Shown here one piece after another: positions 19,545 to 28,013 of a stretch of 64,000 nt of DNA; the stretch's first letter is position 1; every line of letters starts with the position of its first letter. This DNA comes from Bacteroidales bacterium UBA3844 (GTDB taxonomy: Bacteria; Bacteroidota; Bacteroidia; Bacteroidales; Paludibacteraceae): positions 10,631-74,630 of the forward strand of contig DGHQ01000006.1 of the NCBI GenBank assembly GCA_002392915.1. The letters run 5' to 3'. The position numbers and the translations under genes were made by a program. Below the pieces are notes generated by a model. That model saw only the letters and a program-made list of their open reading frames with translations, made no database searches and was not told the DNA's origin.

Positions 19545-22090
19545 GCCTTGTATTCGTAATTAATTCCTCCTAGTTCATCCCACGGAGTAAAGTCTTCTTC
19601 TGTTGAATCGCCAATATATTGTCTGAAAAGCTCATCTTTGTATGAAGACGGTACTTCTTGATTCTGTTTTTCATCCTCTTCATAATTACACTTTAGTCGC
19701 CAATCTATCTGGTCTTCAACCTTTTGCCATGTCACGACAAATAAATAAGGATCTGTCTCATGATGTTTGCAAACCAACGGTCCGACTTCATATCTGCGTG
19801 CTTCATCCATCTCAAACAGTTCATGTCTGGCTTTCGCCGCAAACTCTTTGTCGGCAGCACGAAGAAGCATAGGCTCCTCATCATTCGTAGTTACAAACAT
19901 TCCGTTTAACTCTGCCATCTTGTAAAGAGGACGGAATGTGATGCTGTCGCCATAATCACGGTGGAAATCGGCGAAGTCTTTTGGCACATTCGGCAGATTG
20001 TCCGTGAAACATTTCGCTATGCGACGATGCAACATCTCATAATCCTCATCAGCTTTTTCTGCTTCAAAATCAGCGTCTTCCTTGCCAAACAAACGGTTTC
20101 CAGGAAGTGTCACAATCTCAGATATGAATTTGTCTGCAAACAAATTCTGCAACATATCCTTGTAGTCTGTCTTCGTAAGTTCAGACAATTTACGCGTCTT
20201 ACGATTCAAATAAAGCATCGGCTCAACCAGTTCCGGATTCTTCACCAACGTCTCTCCTCCAAACTTTGCTTGTGTCAAATGTTGGTTGAACATTGTCTCC
20301 TTCACATTAACTGTCCACCAATCAGTTTTTTCCATTGCCAACTCATCTTTAGCCTTATCTATAAGCTTCATGACATGTCGTTTCTGCTGTGAACAGAAAT
20401 CGTAGAGATCATTGTAGAGATAATCCACCTGATCCTCATAATCCTGACGCATATTTTTGTTGACTTCAAGCAATGTGTTGGCAAGAAGCATCTTCTTTAA
20501 TTTTCTGACATACTTATAGTTACGAAAATACTTCGTAAACGATGCTATCCACGGAATTATGGCTCCAATTGTCACCCAAACCCATGAATATTCCGGTCTC
20601 ATCACATTATAATAAGTGCTATAAGCAGACAAATCCGTTATTGTAGGAAGTATTTCGTTTAAAAGATAAGGCACGACGTTGATAAGCACAAACACAATCA
20701 CGACACTCAACACTGCTGTCTTAGCGATCAATCCGAGCAACGTCGGTTCAAACTCAATTATGGAACTCAATTCTTTCACCAAATCCAAGTTTCTCTGCTG
20801 GGTTGTTCTGTCCGTGTCATCCTTAAAATCAAGGTAGAAATCTTTGATGAATTCCGGACATTTTACCATATCATCCTTGTCCTCTTTTGCCCGTTCCTTA
20901 TATTTGCAGATCTCTTCTTGCATAGTGTCATAATACGCAAGTGTCTGAGGCAGAGTGACATCCGGATTATATGAACTTCCTATAAAATATGAAGCAGACT
21001 CACGGATTGTACTCGCGGCTCTTTCATAAATTGCCTCACGATTTTTCACCATCGTGTCGACGGATTTGTATCTCAACGAATACGAAATCTGCTGGTGTCG
21101 TTTCACCAATGTGGAAGGAAGATGTTTCAGATATGTCTGGAAATAGTCACGAAGCAGATTGTATCTGTAGAAATTATAAATCGGATGTGGATCAGGATTC
21201 TCATAAAGTTTGTTGAAGACGTCGCCCAAATCGCATCCAGACTTTAGTTTTCCCTCCACTTTAGCCACATTACGCGCGATTTCATCATCGTCCTTGATAT
21301 CATCAGTTATGTAGTCGTAGTTGAGATTTTCATCTCGCACCAACGCTTTCAATATGTTGCGTCGGATATTCCAGGCATACATGTCGTGTTGGGCCTTGCC
21401 ATCGTAGAACACGGATGCGGCGCCAAGTGAATAGTAGCCATTCTGTGTGGCAAGATCATTGCCAAACACTGTGGCGTCGTTATCTCCACAGAAATAGACA
21501 GACAGCATATATTGGAACAGCAGATCAGTCAACTCATTGGTTTGCAGCTGACAATAGAATCTGTTTGCGACATACTGGTTTTCCTGATACAACACGACTC
21601 TGGCAAATTTCTTTTTCTCCATCATCGCATTCAGTTGCTCAAGAAACTCCACACATCTGCGTTTGTGCTGCAAGTCGTGCGACTGGTTGATTGCCTCCTT
21701 CACACATAAAAATCCAGTCTGCTCCAATCCACGATTAAGATGCGTCGAAAGTATATTTCCGAATTTGTCATCCAAAATAGATGGTAACAGATGAAAAATT
21801 TGCTGTGTGAGTTTTTCTTCCGCATTTCCAAGAATACAAACCTGAAGATTGATGAACGGAAATCCCTTTTCAAGGAAATAGTTCACCATACGCTGCCCTT
21901 CCCTCACCGTATATTCGATCATTGCATCAAAAGAATCCTTGTCGGCAATTCCTTTAATGCAACGACGGTTGGCAAGGTTGGTCACACGCCAGCAGTGACG
22001 TTGCTCGCGAGAAAGTTTGCGGAGATTTTCCGCCAACCTCTTGCGAACATCTATATCCTCATTAAGATTTATAACCCAAACAGGTGTCAT
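19541..22090 (-). CDS. uncharacterised large protein with a central TM hairpin (gene 3 of the VWA/tubulin-like operon)
   Basis: 849 aa with two hydrophobic helices at aa ~451-477 and ~501-521, flanked by ~450-aa and ~330-aa soluble regions. The start ATG shares one nt with the TGA of the upstream gene (TGATG at 22090). Confidence 0.7.
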   Translation of the reverse strand: MTPVWVINLNEDIDVRKRLAENLRKLSREQRHCWRVTNLANRRCIKGIADKDSFDAMIEYTVREGQRMVNYFLEKGFPFINLQVCILGNAEEKLTQQIFHLLPSILDDKFGNILSTHLNRGLEQTGFLCVKEAINQSHDLQHKRRCVEFLEQLNAMMEKKKFARVVLYQENQYVANRFYCQLQTNELTDLLFQYMLSVYFCGDNDATVFGNDLATQNGYYSLGAASVFYDGKAQHDMYAWNIRRNILKALVRDENLNYDYITDDIKDDDEIARNVAKVEGKLKSGCDLGDVFNKLYENPDPHPIYNFYRYNLLRDYFQTYLKHLPSTLVKRHQQISYSLRYKSVDTMVKNREAIYERAASTIRESASYFIGSSYNPDVTLPQTLAYYDTMQEEICKYKERAKEDKDDMVKCPEFIKDFYLDFKDDTDRTTQQRNLDLVKELSSIIEFEPTLLGLIAKTAVLSVVIVFVLINVVPYLLNEILPTITDLSAYSTYYNVMRPEYSWVWVTIGAIIPWIASFTKYFRNYKYVRKLKKMLLANTLLEVNKNMRQDYEDQVDYLYNDLYDFCSQQKRHVMKLIDKAKDELAMEKTDWWTVNVKETMFNQHLTQAKFGGETLVKNPELVEPMLYLNRKTRKLSELTKTDYKDMLQNLFADKFISEIVTLPGNRLFGKEDADFEAEKADEDYEMLHRRIAKCFTDNLPNVPKDFADFHRDYGDSITFRPLYKMAELNGMFVTTNDEEPMLLRAADKEFAAKARHELFEMDEARRYEVGPLVCKHHETDPYLFVVTWQKVEDQIDWRLKCNYEEDEKQNQEVPSSYKDELFRQYIGDSTEEDFTPWDELGGINYEYKA

Positions 22091-25000
22091 CAGTCTTTAC
22101 AAGTGAAATCCTCAAATGTCTTGAATTTGTCGTTAAGCACACGCAACATCTCTTTCAATGTCTCCATCTCCTGGAAACTCTGGGCTGTACGTGCATCTCT
22201 GTATTTTGTATCAAGAATTGTCTCGACTTTCTGTTTTGCCTGATTGAATCCCTGAACCAAAATATTGTTGTCCAATGCGTTGACTGCCTGCATATAGCGG
22301 TCGATGAAATTGTCGTAGTGGTCGCTCAAATAGCGTTTTCCAAACTCATTGCTCAACTCTGTGTAGAAGAGATTGCTGTAGCATGGAGTGTATTTGCGTC
22401 CCTTCTCCGCAATGTTGATCTGGATCTTCTTGTCGCCCAAAATCTCAAGCGACAAGTCTGTAGCCCAAACCACCGCATTGTTTTCAATCTCAAATGGTTT
22501 TTGACCATAAACGCCCTCCAAATACGACTTGTCTGGAATGACTACAAATTTTTTCATTGTAGATTCATCGTAGCTGCTTAGAATCATCAGTTTAAGCATT
22601 GCGATAGTTGCGTTTGACGCATCAAGTGGCAACAGACTCTTGATTTCATCCACGTTGCCGCCTGTTCTTGCAAATGCCTGATGGAAATGGTAGTACTCCT
22701 TCTTATCACATTTCTCATACTCCGACTTGATATTATGGTAAGTGCGGTAATACTCGAAATTCATTCCCGTCTTCGCCGTGATGATATAGAACAATTCAGA
22801 ATTGCTATGACCAATAAACTTTTGAGAGCTTGACTCCTGGAAGTTGAAAACCTTCTTTGCGTTGTCTCTATTGTCAGCCACACAGAAATCCCTCTGTTCC
22901 AGAACACCATCCATTTGACCGATGTTGTAAGAGAAGAACAATGTTGGAGCAAGACGTTTTGTCACCTCATCTAGCTGATCTGTAGTAAGTTCGTTGATAA
23001 GATCTGGCAATTTCTTGTCGTACCATCCATTCACGGCCGAATTTCTGCGGCACATCAAGCCAAACGCTTTGTATGCGAAATTCAGAATATCGTCGATTGT
23101 CTTCTCAGCGCTGCGTTCTGTATTGATGAAGAACTTAGATTTCAGAGTTGCCTCGCCATTTTCATCCAATGCCTCCACAATATAGTTGGCAGACTTCAAA
23201 TCTGGCTCAATCTGATTCTTCATTGTATGGAAGAAATCAGTCAACGCTTCTGTAGTAGGCACACGCACATTGCCAGAAACGGCCTCTTTGTCTGGAGTAA
23301 TCAGTTTCTCATAATACTCAGCGAACAAGTTGTCTCGTTTCCAACCGTCGCCATTAGCGAATTCACAAATATTTGGCAGGTAGACGGAAGTGATGTCCTC
23401 TTTCTTTGCTCTGAATGTCTCTGCAAGATTCTTGAAACTCTGTTTTGGTCCCTTCTCGCTCAACAATGCAGTCTTTGCAGCTTCCGACAACGCTCTCAAA
23501 TGACGTGCCACAACGTCCAAGAATCCATTTTCACCGTAGCAGAATGATTTGATAAGTTCAAAAATCTTATTCTCGACTAGAATCTCACGTTTAAGTTCCA
23601 ATCCTCTCTTGTAGACGCTGTAAACATTGGCTATGTCGTCGGCGTTGTTGTTGATGTGAACCATCTCAAGGAAAGTTCTCTCCTCAGCTTTCTCTCTTGC
23701 TGAATCAAGGTCACTTTTCTCCTTGCTGCTTGACGATTTCTCATATTTAGTGTTCTGACGGTTCAATTCGCTCTTTGTCTGCAAGTGCGACGCATAATCT
23801 GCGATGATTGAATCCTGAATCATATCCTTGTCCTTGTCGTAGTGGTTGAACAAAGATGTACACTCTTCATCAAGTCGCTCGACAGCTGCAATTGTATTCT
23901 GAAGTCCGATTTCTGTAACCAAATCCTCGACACATGACCAAATTTTCTGCTCAAGTGCATCTTGTGTCGACTTCTGCAATGCGTCGTTGTCCTGATCTTC
24001 AATCACGTCGGCTAGACTCTGAGTCGTCTTCTTGACTGCAGAATTCATCTTGCCGGCATCAAACTTGTCCACTCGTTTGTCGCCCTCTATCACACCTGCT
24101 CGCGACTCTGAGAAGTTAGTCTTGATAGCCTGAGTCATCTGATTGCGGATTTCGCTGAAATAGTTGTTATCTCCATCAGGATTAAGCACATAGGCATTGA
24201 TAGTGTCCTTGATTAGATTCTCGACAACTTTATTCAAGTCCACTTTATTTGCCTTGTCGTTGACTGACTTTCCAAGGATACAGTGTTCAAGCAAATCAGC
24301 CTGAATACGGCATTTCATATAGTCGTCGAAATCAGTGCTTGGCTTCTTCAACGCCACATATCCCATCGGAAGTAGGAAATTCTTCTCAGTGCCAGGAGCC
24401 ACCTCTCCGTCGCGAGTGTTATCCATGAACGACTCAAAACCTCTTGCACCTGGGCCATCGTGAAGATAACATAGAAGTTCAGCTGTATTCGAATACATGC
24501 TGTCAAGATTACCTAGGTTGTTGCCAGCCTCTGTCTGGAAATCAACAGGAATCAAGGCTTCAAATGGTCTGTATGGTAGCGACGTGTTGATGCGCGAATA
24601 ACGGTCGTTCAATGCGAGACGGTGGAACAAAGTGGCTGTCTCTGGCTTCTTCGACCATGCCATCTCCGCCTCCAACTCTGACATAACGGCAAACGCATTG
24701 CGTGGATACTTCTCATTGCGTCCGTTGTGGTCGATATACCACTGCGGCATATACATTGTAAGGATAACCTTTGGATCTGCTTCGTCGATTGTTGCCTTGT
24801 GCATCATGTTCACGAAATACAACACATCGTTGATGATACCTGAACCTGTGCCTCCCAAACTTGAACAAACGACCCAGTAGCATACCGTGTTGTTGTCGGC
24901 AGCGTTGTCCTCTATCTTATTCAAATCCTGAATATTCTTCACAAGTTTCTCACAAAACTGATCGGCAAGACGGGCGAATGCGGTACGTGATTTCAAACGA

Positions 25001-25398
25001 AATGCTCCGGCTCCAAATTTCAAAGCTCGGTTATCCATGTGCATAGCCACCTCGTCATCACAAGCCTCTATGATACGCTTGTTGATCTGGATCTCCTGCG
25101 CCGCCTTAGCCTTTTGGTAGATGACGTAAGGATTCTGGGTTCCAAGGTTTATAAGCTCATTCGTGGAAAGCATTTTCACACGTCCGTTCTCATATTTAGT
25201 ACGGAATTTTTCATTAAGGTTGTCAATGTCTCCGGCGTCAGTGTCGATGAACATAAAACGATAGTTGTCATTCATCACGTCAACCTTACTACGGTTGCCA
25301 CTGACATTCTGAAGGCTTTCATACACCTTCATCTTGATTAGAGCCACAGTCTTCGAGCCTGCACCTCCACAGCCGATAAAAATATGTTTTCTTGCCAT
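22090..25398 (-). CDS. FtsZ/tubulin-superfamily GTPase-like protein with ~900-aa helical extension (gene 2 of operon)
   Basis: 1102 aa and no TM. The N-terminal ~200 aa carry, in order, IGCGGAGSK (T1-like), IDTDAGDI (compare FtsZ NTDAQAL), FGAGAFRLKSR (T3-like) and SSLGGTGSGIIND (tubulin signature GGGTGSG-like T4). Confidence 0.75.
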   Translation of the reverse strand: MARKHIFIGCGGAGSKTVALIKMKVYESLQNVSGNRSKVDVMNDNYRFMFIDTDAGDIDNLNEKFRTKYENGRVKMLSTNELINLGTQNPYVIYQKAKAAQEIQINKRIIEACDDEVAMHMDNRALKFGAGAFRLKSRTAFARLADQFCEKLVKNIQDLNKIEDNAADNNTVCYWVVCSSLGGTGSGIINDVLYFVNMMHKATIDEADPKVILTMYMPQWYIDHNGRNEKYPRNAFAVMSELEAEMAWSKKPETATLFHRLALNDRYSRINTSLPYRPFEALIPVDFQTEAGNNLGNLDSMYSNTAELLCYLHDGPGARGFESFMDNTRDGEVAPGTEKNFLLPMGYVALKKPSTDFDDYMKCRIQADLLEHCILGKSVNDKANKVDLNKVVENLIKDTINAYVLNPDGDNNYFSEIRNQMTQAIKTNFSESRAGVIEGDKRVDKFDAGKMNSAVKKTTQSLADVIEDQDNDALQKSTQDALEQKIWSCVEDLVTEIGLQNTIAAVERLDEECTSLFNHYDKDKDMIQDSIIADYASHLQTKSELNRQNTKYEKSSSSKEKSDLDSAREKAEERTFLEMVHINNNADDIANVYSVYKRGLELKREILVENKIFELIKSFCYGENGFLDVVARHLRALSEAAKTALLSEKGPKQSFKNLAETFRAKKEDITSVYLPNICEFANGDGWKRDNLFAEYYEKLITPDKEAVSGNVRVPTTEALTDFFHTMKNQIEPDLKSANYIVEALDENGEATLKSKFFINTERSAEKTIDDILNFAYKAFGLMCRRNSAVNGWYDKKLPDLINELTTDQLDEVTKRLAPTLFFSYNIGQMDGVLEQRDFCVADNRDNAKKVFNFQESSSQKFIGHSNSELFYIITAKTGMNFEYYRTYHNIKSEYEKCDKKEYYHFHQAFARTGGNVDEIKSLLPLDASNATIAMLKLMILSSYDESTMKKFVVIPDKSYLEGVYGQKPFEIENNAVVWATDLSLEILGDKKIQINIAEKGRKYTPCYSNLFYTELSNEFGKRYLSDHYDNFIDRYMQAVNALDNNILVQGFNQAKQKVETILDTKYRDARTAQSFQEMETLKEMLRVLNDKFKTFEDFTCKD
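24838..24855 (-). other. tubulin-signature-like T4 loop codons (GGTGSG)
   Basis: The reverse complement reads gga ggc aca ggt tca ggt, within VVCSSLGGTGSGIIN. Confidence 0.7.
25354..25374 (-). other. T1-like glycine loop codons (GCGGAGS) of the tubulin-like protein
   Basis: The reverse complement reads ggc tgt gga ggt gca ggc tcg. Confidence 0.7.
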
Positions 25399-25465
25399 AT
25401 ATTATGTGTATTTTTTTCTAATTAATTTTTATTTAGCATTTTGCTTTTATAATTCCTAATTTTCC

Positions 25466-27121
25466 TCACACGTTTCCATCAATATCAAGATTGATGTCTT
25501 TTCCTCCACGCGGATCCCTGATCTGCAAAGGAATCGTAGTGGAATATTTGATGGTTGATGAGCCGCCCGACGTGTAGTCGTCACCTCCGTTCAAACTGTA
25601 TTCCTGTGAATTGGTGACAGTAACTTCATATTTTGGCTCGATGCTCCAATGAAGAATCGGAACAAATAGTTTTGCTATATATTTCTTCTGTTTGAAGACG
25701 ACGTTGCATTCCGCTTTCTCCACATCAATTGTGAGATTGCTCACACGTCCGTTGATCTCCTCTGTGCAGATTTTTTTAGTTCCCTGAGTGAGTATGTATT
25801 CACCGCGAAGTTTATACTTGTCGCTGCAATTACGCTTAATGCAATAAATCACACTTAATATGTAGATAATAATAAGTATCCACATTATACAATACCATTT
25901 GAATGCCATCGGATGACAGAACACATTTTCCTGTGGCAACTCTATGCTTGCCTCAATTGTTTGGTTATCCTTACCCATCAGTTTGATCAACTCAGCCTCG
26001 TATGGCACTTTGAATGAGATGTGAGCCTTCAATCTTCCGTTAGGTTTCTCAAAGTGTGGATTAAAGAGATTCTCATCGTTTCCACGGATCTGCGCAATAT
26101 TGACAAATGACTCTTCACTTCCGTCGCTACTCATCAAATGAGGCAGTTTCAACTCCGGATGATCCTCACACTCATCTTCATCAGCCATCACAAGATGCAT
26201 TCTGCGGTCGGTGATGGAAATGGAGTCGAGAGTAATCGCGTCGAACACATCGTTTGGAACCCACGACATTGTCATCGACATATGTCCGTCTATATCCACG
26301 TCGACGGAATTGATAGTTGCTCCAGCCTCCTGGGTCATCTTGCCAATCAAAAACTGTTTGAATTTTTCAAGTGCGATGTCATTCTTCATCTGGTCAAACC
26401 AGCTTTGCAAAGCCTGTTCGTTTGAGACAGGAATAGTCTGAGGCTTAAACATGGAGAAAGCATTCATTATATCATCAGTGCTCGTCTCCCCACTACCCAT
26501 CTTTGGCAATTCCAATGCCACAAGTTTGATATTTTTTCCTGCCAATTCCTTTTCGATTCTCGAACGGTAATCATCCAGACGAAGTTTCTTTGGATGTCCG
26601 GCGACGGGATCATTAAGAAAATCGGTGATAAGAAACACAAATTTCAGATTATTTCTGCCAGTGCGTGTAAGGTCTTTTTCAAGATACTCAAGCATATTGA
26701 GCAGGTCTGTATAGGCAGTGAATTTTTTTCTTTCTTCAGCCGACGCTGGTTTGTCATACACACGGTCGGCATAGCTGACAAGGCTCTGTCTCATTGCTGA
26801 ATTCACGATTCCGAAACCGTTTGGCTCATTCTTTGCCTCGCCTCCAAACTTGATGACTGATACATAATCACCGTCCTGAACGGAGCGAAAAAAACTTTTT
26901 AGAGCAGGAACTACGATTTTTTCATATTTGTTCATTGTTCCAGACACATCAATAGCGAAGACATAATCAGCGTGTTCATTTTTAAGTTCTTCGCCGAATT
27001 TCTTCATTAGTTCAGGAAAATCATTTGCCAACGCATCGAAAGCACGGTTATCTTGTGCGGTAGACGTTGCAAATCCAAGCATCAGCAACAGAACAGATAT
27101 GTATAATCTAATCAATTTCAT
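25466..27121 (-). CDS. secreted, membrane-anchored von Willebrand factor A (VWA) domain protein (gene 1 of operon)
   Basis: 551 aa with Sec signal MKLIRLYISVLLLMLGFATSTAQD. VWA MIDAS residues are complete: DVSGT (aa 58-62), T at YTDL, D at LITDF. A single TM sits at aa ~406-429, followed by a ~120-aa beta-rich tail. Confidence 0.75.
   Translation of the reverse strand: MKLIRLYISVLLLMLGFATSTAQDNRAFDALANDFPELMKKFGEELKNEHADYVFAIDVSGTMNKYEKIVVPALKSFFRSVQDGDYVSVIKFGGEAKNEPNGFGIVNSAMRQSLVSYADRVYDKPASAEERKKFTAYTDLLNMLEYLEKDLTRTGRNNLKFVFLITDFLNDPVAGHPKKLRLDDYRSRIEKELAGKNIKLVALELPKMGSGETSTDDIMNAFSMFKPQTIPVSNEQALQSWFDQMKNDIALEKFKQFLIGKMTQEAGATINSVDVDIDGHMSMTMSWVPNDVFDAITLDSISITDRRMHLVMADEDECEDHPELKLPHLMSSDGSEESFVNIAQIRGNDENLFNPHFEKPNGRLKAHISFKVPYEAELIKLMGKDNQTIEASIELPQENVFCHPMAFKWYCIMWILIIIYILSVIYCIKRNCSDKYKLRGEYILTQGTKKICTEEINGRVSNLTIDVEKAECNVVFKQKKYIAKLFVPILHWSIEPKYEVTVTNSQEYSLNGGDDYTSGGSSTIKYSTTIPLQIRDPRGGKDINLDIDGNV
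26936..26950 (-). other. MIDAS DxSxT codons of the VWA protein
   Basis: The reverse complement reads gat gtg tct gga aca = DVSGT. Confidence 0.75.
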
Positions 27122-27267
27122 TTATCGGTTATTCTAAATAATTCAAAAATCCTTTCATTTAATTGACCATCTTTTTACAGATGATACAAACAACTCTTAA
27201 AAATAGTATAAAAAATAATCTCCTACACAACATCATCATAATTTTTATTCACAATTAACATATTTTA

Positions 27268-27283
27268 TGGATTTGCAAATCCA
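27268..27283. promoter_or_regulatory. perfect 16-bp palindrome TGGATTTGCAAATCCA upstream of the VWA/tubulin-like operon
   Basis: The sequence is self-complementary with no loop. It lies ~150 bp upstream of the VWA start (27121) and 45 bp downstream of the TonB-paralog stop. It is a candidate dimeric-regulator operator. Confidence 0.3.
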
Positions 27284-27327
27284 CAAATGTCACGTCAGAC
27301 TAAATACATTCCGTCGCAAATATTAAT

Positions 27328-27993
27328 CTATTTTTTGCTTTCTTCTTGGTTTATTTTGAAAAGGACAGGCAATGTAAATTTAGTACGAACGGTATCACCC
27401 ATCTGTGTGCCAGGCTTCCACTTTGGCATCATGCTCACAACACGTACTGCCTCTTCATCCAAAGCTGGATGGACACCTCGTACGACTTCAACATCTGTGA
27501 TAGTGCCATCTTTTTCAACTGTAAATTTTACAATAACTCTACCTTGAATACTTGAATCTTGTGCTGCCTTGGGATAAACCAAATTAGACTTTAGAAATTC
27601 CATCAGGGCTTTCTGTCCCCCTGGAAATTCAGGACGCCGTTCAACAATTATACCCATTAAATCTTCATCATCATCATCAGTATCAGAAGCGGATATTGTC
27701 ATTGAATCTCCACGATTAGTATTCTCCGTTTCATTGCTGGCTGCGACACTTGAAGCCAACGTCATCACCGTCGCCAAGCCAACAATCTTCACCGCTTTGC
27801 CTGCCATCTTGCGTATATTCAGCTGATTCTCAATATATCGCATCTCAGATTCACACACAGGACATGTACCCATACAATCGCCTTCGTGAGTACACACTCT
27901 TGGTTCGTATGGGATTTCATTGGCATCCGCAATCTGTTTGCGGATGGATTTTAATGTCTCACATGTTTGTTTTCCTTTGTACATAAGCCTCAA
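27328..27993 (-). CDS. TonB C-terminal domain protein with Cys-rich cytoplasmic N-terminal module (paralog 1)
   Basis: 221 aa; the likely start is MYKGKQ at 27984. Cys-rich N-module CETLK..x22..CTHEGDCMGTCPVCE, TM AVKIVGLATVMTLA, and TonB-C (PEFPGGQKALMEFLKSNLVYP...GRVIVKFTVEKDGTITDVEVVRGVHPALDEEAVRVVSMMPKWKPG). Confidence 0.75.
   Translation of the reverse strand: MRLMYKGKQTCETLKSIRKQIADANEIPYEPRVCTHEGDCMGTCPVCESEMRYIENQLNIRKMAGKAVKIVGLATVMTLASSVAASNETENTNRGDSMTISASDTDDDDEDLMGIIVERRPEFPGGQKALMEFLKSNLVYPKAAQDSSIQGRVIVKFTVEKDGTITDVEVVRGVHPALDEEAVRVVSMMPKWKPGTQMGDTVRTKFTLPVLFKINQEESKK
27733..27993 (-). repeat. paralogous N-terminal module, copy 1 (dispersed tandem-gene repeat)
   Basis: By eye, the DNA encoding ...CP.CESEMRYIENQLNIRKMAGKAVKIVGLATVM matches the other two copies closely. 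Confidence 0.6.
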
Positions 27994-28013
27994 TTGTTAT
28001 GTCCGACGGAATA

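Noticed and set aside
21791-22581. Plus-strand ORFs of 150 and 165 aa across the junction of the tubulin-like and 849-aa genes
   Set aside because: They are antisense to two long, translationally coupled ORFs. They are Cys- and Leu-rich with no signal or motif.
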